Of a stretch of DNA of 64,000 bases, positions 19,665 to 29,038 are shown one piece after another. Position 1 is the stretch's first letter. The number at the start of each line of letters is the position of its first letter. The position numbers and the translations under genes are program-made. The notes beneath the pieces were generated by a model, which was not told where the DNA came from, did no database searches, and saw nothing but the letters and a program-made list of their open reading frames with translations. The DNA is from an uncultured delta proteobacterium. Its GTDB lineage: Bacteria > Desulfobacterota > Syntrophia > Syntrophales > UBA5619. The stretch is taken from assembly GCA_963817385.1 (NCBI GenBank), contig CAWFOM010000005.1, forward strand, positions 32,001 to 96,000. The letters are read 5' to 3'.

Positions 19665-20546
19665 CTACGGAAACTCCCGGGGAAGTTCCCCCTTAGTAAT
19701 GGGCGGGAATACGGGGGGCTGGCCGGTTGCTTCCAGGATCCTGCGACCCTCTTCGGAGAGGATGAACCGCACGAATAAGAGCGCCGTTGCCGGCTCCTTC
19801 GCTGTGGCGGGGACTGTGGCGGCATTGCGGATCTGGCTGCTGAGGTTGACTGCTGAGGGGAATCTCAGGCTGTCCACGTCGTTCTTCGCCTCCACGGCGG
19901 CGGAGTAGTAGACGACGCCGGCATCGGCCTTCCCTGTCGCGATGTCGCGGATCGTTTCCGGGACCGTGTGGGGTTTCGTCGGATCCGTGACGGCGACGGC
20001 GATGATCCCCTGGGCCAGTTGCGGATTGCCTTCCAGGGCGGTGACGTTCTTGATGAACTCGACGGTGCGCTGGGTGGCCATGTCCTTTTCTCCTGTCACC
20101 CGGGTGAAGCGTATGCCCGGCTTTGCCAGGTCGCCCATCTTCTTGATTCCCGCTGGATTCCCCTTGGCCGTGATGAGGACCATCTCGTTGGCGGAGAAGA
20201 TGACGGACCAGGCGGCCCCGACTCGGTCCGTGCCGACGATCTTTTTCCCCATGAGGTCTTTATCGATGACGGCCGGGGCCGACGGGGTAAAGACATCGCA
20301 GCGATCCCCCTTCAGAATCCTCTCCGCCAGTTCCTGCGAGCGGCCGGTCGTGAGATTCACCGTAGTGCCGGGGTTACTGGCTTCGAAGGCCGCTTTGAGG
20401 GCCTTCATGGGGCCGGCCAGAGAATCGGCGTGGAAGACCTCGATGGCGGCCGCCATGGCCATACCACCGGAAAAGATGAGCCCACTGCATAAGACCACCA
20501 CCATCATCAAACTCAAACCATACCTTTTTTTGTGTGCTGCAACCAT
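19665..20546 (-). CDS. ModA/WtpA-like oxyanion ABC substrate-binding protein
   Basis: Signal peptide, EVFHADSL, GRSQELAERI, NEMVLI..GNPAGIK, ADAGVVYYS, FILSEEG; GGAGG RBS. Confidence 0.8.
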   Translation of the reverse strand: MVAAHKKRYGLSLMMVVVLCSGLIFSGGMAMAAAIEVFHADSLAGPMKALKAAFEASNPGTTVNLTTGRSQELAERILKGDRCDVFTPSAPAVIDKDLMGKKIVGTDRVGAAWSVIFSANEMVLITAKGNPAGIKKMGDLAKPGIRFTRVTGEKDMATQRTVEFIKNVTALEGNPQLAQGIIAVAVTDPTKPHTVPETIRDIATGKADAGVVYYSAAVEAKNDVDSLRFPSAVNLSSQIRNAATVPATAKEPATALLFVRFILSEEGRRILEATGQPPVFPPITKGELPREFP

Positions 20547-20850
20547 GGTTCCCTCCGAATGATGTGTCCACAAACAGGGCTTATAAAATTCTTCCGCAGA
20601 ATACCCCGTCCCGTGGACGGGGCAATTTACTGATCGGTTTCTTCTCGATGAACTTTACCGAGAACAGGACGTTGGATATTGATCGGCACGTAGTTTCTCA
20701 TGAGGCGGGGAAGTCTGCAAGGAGTTTGTGACAGTCGCTCCCCACTAAGCTTGACAGTGGGGCTGCATTTTGCCATAAATGGAACAGGCCGTTTCTCCCT
20801 CTCTCCTGCCGCCGGACCTTGGGTGAGGAACGGATTCAAGGGGCGGGATA

Positions 20851-22054
20851 ATGATTAGGATCAACAGCTTTATTCACCGGCAGGCGCTCGATGACATCAT
20901 CCGCCGGTGGATGTACGATGAGGCGCGTTCGGCCGATGCGGATCTGATCACGCGGCTGGTCCATTTCAACCACGTCTATGTATCTCGCTATCTTGCGCAG
21001 TTTTCCGGGGTTATCTTCCGTGAGCTGCACCGGCAAGGAGCTGTTGTTCCGCCCCGTCCAGCTCAAGGGCGAACTGAAGGATGCCCTCGTTTCCGACCCC
21101 CCCTACCGCAATGAACGGATCGACGAGCTTATCCTCGATTACCACCGAAACCCCGGGCGCTTCTACCGGGAGACCCCCTTTCACGGGACCCTTTACTTCC
21201 GCCGACTCAACGGCGGCGCTAAATACGTCGGATCGACCCGGATCAAGCGGGTTCGCCGCCTGGCGGAGAAATCGGCGCGCCGGATCATCGATCGGATCTT
21301 CGCTACAATCCAGCGGCATGCCGACATCCTGGCGGATGAGCGGGCTTGGCGGCTCGGGATTCCCCGAGAGAATCTCCTGACGGCGCCCGAGGATATGACG
21401 GAGGAGTTTCTCCGAGCGGAGAATCGCCTTCTGGACGATCTGCGGGCAAAGAGGCCGATTGCAGGCGAGGAGGAGGTACTGGCGATCAACGACGTAGCCG
21501 GTGTGAAGGTGATGCTTGAGGAGCCCGAACAGGAGAAATTGACGGTGCTCCTTGAGAGTCTGCCCAACTGTGAGGTCGTGGAGGAGGAGCGCCATATCGG
21601 ACGGTATAACGCGACCAATCTGATCGTCCGTTACCGTCCGCCCCGGGAAGAGATCCTTGCCCACCCTCTGGGACGGGGCCTTCTGAACGTCATGCAGGGG
21701 CGGGGTTTTTCCCCGGAGGATGCCAGCCGGGCCTTTGCCGAATTCGTCCGTTCCGGGGAAGAGGATGTCCTTCTGGAGATCATCCTCTCCACGTATCAGG
21801 AGATGCTGGAGAGCGAAATCGGACGCTGCATCCACGAGGACCGGATCATTGAACAACGGCTCCGCCAGCAATATCGGGGGCCGCTGGCGAGGAACATCCA
21901 GTGCCTGATGGAATACCTCTTCACCTTTCCCACCTCCCGTCAGCGTGAGCTGGGTGATCTGCCGATCAAACTCTGGAACCGTTATCTTCCGGATTACTTC
22001 GACGAGGTTCTCAAGCAGCTCTTCCGTATCCCGAGGGCCGATGACCTGGACTAG
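20851..22054 (+). CDS. Hypothetical ~400-aa protein with RelA/SpoT-like nucleotidyltransferase motifs; frameshift at ~21030
   Basis: ORFs 20851..21114 and 20978..22054 join if one C is removed at 21030-21031; a TTGACA-type promoter lies at 20751. Confidence 0.7.
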
Positions 22055-22057
22055 CCA

Positions 22058-22891
22058 CTAGCCCTGCTGTTCCTGGATCATCCGGAATCCTTCGTCGAGA
22101 AGTCTCTCCGTTTCCTTCGCCCGGATTTTCGGGTTTTTTGCCCCCATGACGACCGCGATCAGACGGGTATCCCCGCGTTTGGCCGTGGCCACGATATGGT
22201 ATCCCGCCTTTTGGACCCAGCCGGTCTTCAGTCCGTCCGCGTTGGGGTAACGGTGCAGGAGGCTGTTCCGGTTGTGCTGGGTGATGTCGCGGTAGGTATA
22301 GTACTGCTGGGAGTGGATGTTCAGGGATTCCGGAAATCGCTGCAGGTAAGCACGGGCCAGAATCAGGATGTCCTTCGCCGTCGTGACCTGGCCCTTGGCG
22401 GGAAGACCGTTGGGATTTCTAAAGAAACTCCGGTACATCCCCAGCTCACGCGCCTTCCGGTTCATCCTTTCCACGAATGTTTCGATGTCACCCCCGATGT
22501 ATTCGGCAACGGCCACGGAGGCATCGTTGGCCGAAACAACGGCCATCCCCTTGAGGAGTTCTTCGAGGGGGAGCTCGCTGCCGGCTGTGAGGAACATCTT
22601 TGAACCGCCCGTTTGCCCGGCCTTCCGGCTGATCTTCACCGGGTCGCGGGGATGGACCTTACCCTCCAGGATCGCTTCGTCGGCGACGTAGAGGGTCAGG
22701 ACCTTGGTGATGGAGGCCGGCTGGATGGCGGCGTCCGCATTCCGGGTGTAGAGGATCCGGCCGGTCGTCATGTCCATGAGAATGGCTGATCGGGCGGTGA
22801 TCTGAAGCCTGTCGGCTGCCGAAAGGTTCGCCGCCAGAAGAAGGATTATCAGGCATACAAAAAGACCAGAGATACGCTTGGTGATTTTCAT
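22058..22891 (-). CDS. dacA: D-alanyl-D-alanine carboxypeptidase (peptidase S11)
   Basis: PASITK (SxxK), SAN (SxN), GLKTG (KTG), signal peptide. Confidence 0.9.
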   Translation of the reverse strand: MKITKRISGLFVCLIILLLAANLSAADRLQITARSAILMDMTTGRILYTRNADAAIQPASITKVLTLYVADEAILEGKVHPRDPVKISRKAGQTGGSKMFLTAGSELPLEELLKGMAVVSANDASVAVAEYIGGDIETFVERMNRKARELGMYRSFFRNPNGLPAKGQVTTAKDILILARAYLQRFPESLNIHSQQYYTYRDITQHNRNSLLHRYPNADGLKTGWVQKAGYHIVATAKRGDTRLIAVVMGAKNPKIRAKETERLLDEGFRMIQEQQG

Positions 22892-22913
22892 TCCCGGCTC
22901 CTTTAAACTGCGA

Positions 22914-22937
22914 TGGCGCCCCGTTTCCGGGGCGCCA
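22914..22937 (-). terminator. GC-rich GAAA-tetraloop hairpin between the Tim44 gene and dacA
   Basis: TGGCGCCCCG-GAAA-CGGGGCGCCA; no clear U-tract. Confidence 0.4.
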
Positions 22938-22941
22938 CGGT

Positions 22942-23920
22942 TTATTCGACCTGGTTGATGGCTGAAAGTCTCCAGGGGTTATCTCCGACCGGACGCGTGA
23001 AGGTCCAGTATTCGTTGAACTTTACCGGTTCCGTCCTGCTACCGGAGACGACCTGTCCGGTCTGTTCGTCGACGGTGTAATCCAGCAGGTTGGCGTAGAT
23101 CTTCACGGTGATGAAATCACTTCCCCCCTCCTGCCAGATCTCGGTGATATCGACCGAACGGACGGCGATGTTTTCCAACCGGTTGATCCGTTGTTTGGCC
23201 TTCAACTGTTCGGCATCATCGCGGAGTTTCGCGAACATCTCGTCGGTCAGGATATTCCTGACGCCGGTCATGTCCCGGTTCGCCCACGCACCCTGGATCC
23301 GGAAGAAATCGTCCAGACAGCCGTCGGTAAAACGCTTTTCCTCAAAATGGGGATCCATCTGGCGGATGTGGCGGAGGCCTTCCGCCACATCGCTTTCCTG
23401 GCCCCCTGATTCATACGCCTGCATCGGCGGTGCTGTCCGCCCTGCGTCGAGCGCCGGCGATTCCCGGTAATAGGTCCCCGCGGGCGCCGATTCGGTTGCG
23501 GAACGCCGCCGTCTTGATGAACCAGTAGATGCCATAGAGAAGCGCCCCGATCAGGAGAATGTCCATGAGCCCGATGCCGCCTCCCATGCCTCCCATGCCG
23601 CCGCCGGCAAACCCGAGACTGCGGAAGAGCATCGCGCCGAGCATCCCCCCGACGAGCCCGCCGGCCATGCTCCTGAGAAAGCCGCCACCGCCGAAGGGAG
23701 AAGGGGCGGGCGCAGAGGGGGTAAACTGTCCTGAACCGGGAGAGGGGCTTACCGGGGCGGGCCGGGGGGTCGAGCGGGGGGGGCTGTAGGAACGCGACCC
23801 CCGGCTGCCGAAGGAACTTCCTCCTCCGGCCCTGGCCCAGGCGTCGATCTCCATGACCGACAGCAGAAAGAATAGGGTAAGTACTATAAGGCCGCTTAAG
23901 ACCCACCGATTATCAGACAT
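22942..23920 (-). CDS. Tim44 domain-containing membrane protein; frameshift at ~23515
   Basis: N-part ARAGGGSSFGSRGSRS and a Gly-rich TM region (23411..23920); C-part FRIQGAW...EYWTFTR...WRLSAINQ (22942..23535). Confidence 0.85.
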
Positions 23921-24149
23921 CTCTTCCTCCTCATGTTATTTGATTTGCGGCAGGATACGGTTTAGACAGCGCATTGTCAATATCTTTCTGGGAGATCTTT
24001 CTGGGAGGATTGTCTCCGTGTTTTCGTTTTCAGGAGGATTAATTCTTGACAAACAGCGATTTTTCCTTAAGGATGTCGGCCAATCATGGTCACCAGTGGC
24101 TGAGGGATAACACCGCTGTCAGGCTCCCAAATCCACCGCAACAATACCT

Positions 24150-26273
24150 ATGGCTGATAAATTGGAAACAGATCATATCGGCAGGATGATTGAGGTCGTG
24201 CAGAAAACGGCCCGGGGAGACTATTCGAGTCGGATTGATTCCTCGGGACACAACGATGATCTCGACGCTCTTGCCGATGCGATCAATAGAATGGTCGGTG
24301 ATGTTCGTGAACGCTTCGCCGAGTACCGGGGGATGGAGAATGCCTTCCGGGAGATCACGGAAAAATACCAGCGTTTTCAGGAAAATATCCCCGGCATGGT
24401 CTATCTGTTGACCCTGCGTCAGGATGGGAGTTTTTCTTTTCCTTACGTGAATGCCGCATCACGTCAGCTGTTTGGCCTCGAACCGGAGGCCCTCGTGCGT
24501 GACGGCGCCCTTCTGTTCGGTCTTATCCATCCTGATGATAAAGCGAGACACGCGGAATCGATACGGCGATCTGCGGAAACTCTTCAAACCTTGCGGGAAG
24601 AGCTGCGCCATATCGTCAATGGGGAAGTGCGCTGGTATGAGTGTATCGCTCGTCCGGAACTGCAGGTCAACGGCGACATCCTTTGGGATGGAATCATGCT
24701 GGAGATCACGGAACGCAAAAGGGCCGAAGAGGGGCTGCGCGAGAGCGAGGCGAAGTATCGCCGCCTGCATGAGACCATGATGGACGCCTTTGTCCGTATC
24801 GATATGACCGGCCGCATTCAGGAGGCCAACCGCGCCTACCAGGCCCTGCTGGGCTATTCGGAAGAGGAGCTTCTCCAACGGACGAACGGGGACCTGACCC
24901 CGGAGAAATGGCATGCCTTGGAAGCGGGCATGATTGCGGAACAGGTCCTGGTGAACGGTCACTCCCAGGTGTATGAAAAGGAGTATCACCGAAAGGACGG
25001 GACCCTTTTCCCCGTTGAGCTGCGGACATTTTTGCTGCGCGATGACACCGGTCAGCCCGTCGGTATGTGGGCCATCGTTCGGGATATCACCGAACGCAGG
25101 CGTGCGGAGGAGGAAAAAGCGAAGCTGGAATCACAGCTGCGCCAGTCGCAGAAGATGGAATCCGTCGGACGCCTGGCCGGGGGGGTGGCGCACGATTTTA
25201 ACAATATGCTGAGCGTTATCCTTGGATACGCGGAATTGATCAAGGTGAGATTGAAGGACGACGATCCCCTCTTGAAGGATATCCAGGCGATTGAAAAGGC
25301 GGCGGGCCACTCCCGGGATGTCACCCGTCAGCTCCTCGCGTTATCCCGGAAGCAGATCATCGAGCCGAGGCTCTTGAACCTCAATGACCTGATCACCTCT
25401 TCCCAAAATACGCTTTCCCGGCTCATCGGCGAGGATATCGACATGCGCTTCTACCCTGAAGATGACCTGCAGTCGATCAACTTTGATCCCACGCAGGTTG
25501 ACCAGATCCTTGTCAATCTGGTTGTCAATGCCCGCGACGCCATGCCCGACGGGGGCAGGCTGACGATCGAAACCGCCAATATCCGCCTCGACGAGGCATA
25601 CTGTCGGAAACATCTCGGATTCAAACCCGGACAATACGTCCTTCTGGCGCTGAGCGATGACGGAGTGGGGATGGATAAGGAACTCCAGTCCCATCTATTC
25701 GAACCATTTTTTACCACCAAGGAAGTGGGTGAAGGTACGGGGCTCGGACTCGCCACAGTCTACGGGATGGTCAAGCAGAACAGCGGATTCATCAACGTCT
25801 ACAGCGAACCGGGGCAGGGGAGCACCTTCAAGATCTATATCCCCAGCGTGGGGGAGGAAGAGAAGAAAAGTGAAGAGATCGAAGAAGTTCCGATGGCCTA
25901 TGGCGCCGGTATTGTTCTGCTGGTGGAAGACGAAGAGATGGTGCGCGAGATTGCGAAGGAAATCCTCGAGGAGATCGGTTACACGGTTCTGGCTGCGGCG
26001 ACTCCGCAGGAAGCCGTATCCCTGTGCGAAAACAAGGATACGGTTATCGATCTTCTTCTTACCGACGTGGTTATGCCGGGAATGAGCGGCAAGGAGTTGA
26101 AGAAAGCAATTGAGGTCATCAGGCCGGGAATCAAGGTGCTCTTCATGTCCGGGTATACGTCAAACGTCATTGCCCATCGCGGCGTATTGGAAAAAGGGGT
26201 GCATTTCATCCAGAAGCCCTTCAGCATGAAGGATCTTGCCCACAAAGTCCGCGAAGCGATCGGAGAGAAGTAG
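24150..26273 (+). CDS. HAMP-PAS-PAS hybrid sensor histidine kinase/response regulator
   Basis: AGGVAHDFNNML, NARDAM, FEPFFTTK, GTGLGL, receiver LLLTDVVMP. Confidence 0.95.
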   Translation: MADKLETDHIGRMIEVVQKTARGDYSSRIDSSGHNDDLDALADAINRMVGDVRERFAEYRGMENAFREITEKYQRFQENIPGMVYLLTLRQDGSFSFPYVNAASRQLFGLEPEALVRDGALLFGLIHPDDKARHAESIRRSAETLQTLREELRHIVNGEVRWYECIARPELQVNGDILWDGIMLEITERKRAEEGLRESEAKYRRLHETMMDAFVRIDMTGRIQEANRAYQALLGYSEEELLQRTNGDLTPEKWHALEAGMIAEQVLVNGHSQVYEKEYHRKDGTLFPVELRTFLLRDDTGQPVGMWAIVRDITERRRAEEEKAKLESQLRQSQKMESVGRLAGGVAHDFNNMLSVILGYAELIKVRLKDDDPLLKDIQAIEKAAGHSRDVTRQLLALSRKQIIEPRLLNLNDLITSSQNTLSRLIGEDIDMRFYPEDDLQSINFDPTQVDQILVNLVVNARDAMPDGGRLTIETANIRLDEAYCRKHLGFKPGQYVLLALSDDGVGMDKELQSHLFEPFFTTKEVGEGTGLGLATVYGMVKQNSGFINVYSEPGQGSTFKIYIPSVGEEEKKSEEIEEVPMAYGAGIVLLVEDEEMVREIAKEILEEIGYTVLAAATPQEAVSLCENKDTVIDLLLTDVVMPGMSGKELKKAIEVIRPGIKVLFMSGYTSNVIAHRGVLEKGVHFIQKPFSMKDLAHKVREAIGEK

Positions 26274-26315
26274 CCGCGCGTAGGTTCTGTCAAGCGCAAG
26301 TCGGGTACCTGTCCG

Positions 26316-27497
26316 TTACGCGGTCACGCACGCCTGCGCAACGGAGGTCCAGTAGGGGGACATGCCGCGCAGCCGCTCGATGATGGAGGGCAGTTTCCCG
26401 ATTACGAAATCGATCTCCTCGTCCGTATTGTAGATGCTCAGGCTGAACCGGATGGATCCGTGGGCCATGGTGAAGGGGACGCCCATGGCGCGCAGCACGT
26501 GGGAAGGCTGCAGGGACCCGGAGGTGCAGGCCGAGCCGGAAGAGGCGCAGATGCCGTATTCGTTCATCAGCAGAAGGATCCCCTCCCCCTCGACAAATTC
26601 AAAGCTGATGTTCGTCGTATTGGGCAGGCGCTGCACAAGATCCCCGTTGACCCGGCTTCGCGGGATACTCTTCAGAAGGGCTGCCTCCAGCCTGTCGCGC
26701 AGCCTTCTTACGGTCGTGTTTTCCGTCTCCAGGTGGCGGGCCGCCAGTTCACATGCCTTTCCCAGCCCGATGATGCTGGGGGTATTCTCCGTGCCGCCCC
26801 GGCGCCCTCGCTCCTGATGCCCTCCGATGAGAAACGGGGAAAACTTGGTCCCCTTGCGGACATACAGTACGCCGATCCCCTTGGGGGCGTGGAGCTTGTG
26901 CCCGGAGAGCGAGAGCATGTCGATGGCGTTCTTCCCCATGTCGATCGGAATCTTGCCGGTCGACTGCACCGCATCGGTGTGGAACAGGATGCCCCGTTCT
27001 CGGGTCAGCCCGGCCGCCTTCTCCACGGGGAAGATGACCCCCGTTTCGTTATTGGCCCACATCAGGCTGACCACCGCCGTCTCCGGCGAAAGGCTCCCGA
27101 CCAATTGCTCCATGTCCAGAATGCCGTTCTTGTCCACGGGCAGTTCCGTTACCCGGTAGCCCTGGCCGGCCAGATTTGCATAGAGGGACTTGATGGCGGG
27201 GTGTTCTACCCGGCTGGTCACGATGTGGCGTTTTTCGGGATTCGTCGCCAGGGCCGAGCGGATGGCGGCGTTGTCGCTCTCCGTGCCGCAGCTCGTGAAG
27301 ATGATCTCGTCGGGTGAAGCGCCGATGAGCGCCGCGACCTGTTCGCGGGCGTCGCGGATCTTCCGGGCGACCTGGCCGCCGAAGGAATGCATGCTGGAGG
27401 GATTGCCGTAAAGGTCGCTGAAATAGGGCAGCATCGCCTCCAGGACCTCGGGGGCCACCTGGGTCGTGGCGTTGTTGTCCAGATAGACGGTATTCAT
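26316..27497 (-). CDS. nifS: Cysteine desulfurase NifS
   Basis: YLDNNATT, SGHKLHAPKG (PLP Lys), SSGSACTS. Confidence 0.93.
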   Translation of the reverse strand: MNTVYLDNNATTQVAPEVLEAMLPYFSDLYGNPSSMHSFGGQVARKIRDAREQVAALIGASPDEIIFTSCGTESDNAAIRSALATNPEKRHIVTSRVEHPAIKSLYANLAGQGYRVTELPVDKNGILDMEQLVGSLSPETAVVSLMWANNETGVIFPVEKAAGLTRERGILFHTDAVQSTGKIPIDMGKNAIDMLSLSGHKLHAPKGIGVLYVRKGTKFSPFLIGGHQERGRRGGTENTPSIIGLGKACELAARHLETENTTVRRLRDRLEAALLKSIPRSRVNGDLVQRLPNTTNISFEFVEGEGILLLMNEYGICASSGSACTSGSLQPSHVLRAMGVPFTMAHGSIRFSLSIYNTDEEIDFVIGKLPSIIERLRGMSPYWTSVAQACVTA

Positions 27498-28318
27498 GGG
27501 TTCACCTCCTCGATGATCAGATCGGGAGAAACCAGATCCCGGAGTTTCGCCTCGACGAAATGCTTCAGCGTGATGTCGGACGCCTTGCAGGCGGCGCAGG
27601 CGCCCCGCGTGGCTACGATGACGCGGTTCCCGACGACGTCGATGAGTTCGATGTCGCCGCCGTCATGCTTCAGGGACGGCCTGATCTCCCGTTCGAGCGC
27701 TTCTTCGATCATCTTGATCTTCTGGATGTTGGTCAGCTTCGGCTGCACTGCCGGTTTGGCCTCGGCCCGCACCCTCTCGATGATCTGCTGGATGGCGTCA
27801 TGGCAGTTGCCGCAGCCGCCGCCCGCCTTGGTGTAGTTCGTCACCTCCTCGACCGTCGTGAGGTTGTTTTCCCGGATGGCCCGCTCGATCTCCCGGTCCG
27901 TCACGCCGAAACACTCGCAGACGATTGTTGCCCCCGGCTCTTTTGCCGGGGCCCCCTGGTAATTCTCGATCGCCTTTTCGAGGGCCTCCTTCCCCATGAC
28001 GCTGCAGTGCATCTTTTCCTGGGGCAGGCCGCCGAGATAGGCGGCGATGTCCTGGTTGGACACCTTCTTGGCCTCCTCCAGCGTCATCCCCTTGATCATC
28101 TCGGTGAGCGCCGAAGAGGAGGCAATGGCGCTGGCACAACCGAAGGTCTTGAATTTCGCCTCCTTGATCCGTTTGTTCTCATCGAGTTTGAAGGAAAGCT
28201 TGAGGGCGTCTCCGCAGGCGATGGAACCGACTTCGGCAACGCCGTCCGGATTTTCCACTTCCCCGACATTCTGGGGGTTGAGAAAATGTTCCCTGACCTT
28301 GTCCGTGTATTCCCACAT
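27494..28318 (-). CDS. nifU: Three-domain Fe-S scaffold NifU
   Basis: Start MWEYTDKV with AAGGAG RBS; CGD/FGC/MHC IscU domain, CECF...GCGNC BFD domain, GACAAC Nfu domain. Confidence 0.93.
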   Translation of the reverse strand: MWEYTDKVREHFLNPQNVGEVENPDGVAEVGSIACGDALKLSFKLDENKRIKEAKFKTFGCASAIASSSALTEMIKGMTLEEAKKVSNQDIAAYLGGLPQEKMHCSVMGKEALEKAIENYQGAPAKEPGATIVCECFGVTDREIERAIRENNLTTVEEVTNYTKAGGGCGNCHDAIQQIIERVRAEAKPAVQPKLTNIQKIKMIEEALEREIRPSLKHDGGDIELIDVVGNRVIVATRGACAACKASDITLKHFVEAKLRDLVSPDLIIEEVNP

Positions 28319-28529
28319 AATGCGCTCCTTAGAAGTATCGGTGATGAAATTGTTGCCCCTGATGTATTTTGCGACAAATTTAATTTTTATTTTAAGTCCT
28401 GCTTGCCGGATTGTCAACGGATCACCCCGGAATAGTTCACACCGAAAATATTCCTGTTGAATACATGTCGGTATCCGTATACATTTAAGCGCAAATACCT
28501 TATCTTTGTCCATCCCTGAAGGAGGTGTT

Positions 28530-28976
28530 ATGAATGTACCATCCGTAACGCATCTGATCCCGGTACTCCAGACGGCGATAGGGCCCATGATCCTGATCTC
28601 CGGCCTCGGCCTGATCCTGTTGACCATGACGAACCGCCTGGGGAGGACAATCGATCGGGTGAGAATCCTTACCGCCGAACTTCCGTCTGCTACGGAAAAC
28701 AAGAGCGCAAAGATATCGGCGCAGCTCACCATCCTCTGGCGGCGCGCCCGCCTCATCCGGACGGCGATTCTGCTGGCGGCGATGAGCGCGCTTGCGGCCG
28801 CAATTCTGATCATCGTGATTTTTTTCACGGCGCTGTGGCAACTGGAGGCGGCATGGCTGATCGGTGCACTGTTCATCCTCTGCATGCTGTGCGTGATCGG
28901 GACGCTGATCTTCGTGATCCAGGATATAAACCAGTCGCTGGCGGCATTGAAGCTGGAACTTGTGGTGGATGAGTAG
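28530..28976 (+). CDS. DUF2721-like membrane protein
   Basis: IGPMILISGLGLILLTMTNRLGRTIDRVR, three hydrophobic segments, GGAGG RBS. Confidence 0.75.
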   Translation: MNVPSVTHLIPVLQTAIGPMILISGLGLILLTMTNRLGRTIDRVRILTAELPSATENKSAKISAQLTILWRRARLIRTAILLAAMSALAAAILIIVIFFTALWQLEAAWLIGALFILCMLCVIGTLIFVIQDINQSLAALKLELVVDE

Positions 28977-29038
28977 TAAGACCGATTCATGCGGCGACAT
29001 CATTTTGAGCGGGTGGGCATCTTAAGGTTGAAGGGCGC

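Noticed and set aside
20547..20850. Moco/tungsten riboswitch or ModE box upstream of the ModA-like gene
   Set aside because: I could not find the consensus elements by eye.
3764..26273. The two hybrid kinases as a recent duplication
   Set aside because: Similarity is limited to the conserved kinase boxes and the sensor domains differ; an ordinary paralogous family.
28319..28990. 224-aa N-terminal extension of the NifU ORF
   Set aside because: It is antisense to the DUF2721 gene, and a clear RBS sits before MWEYTDK.
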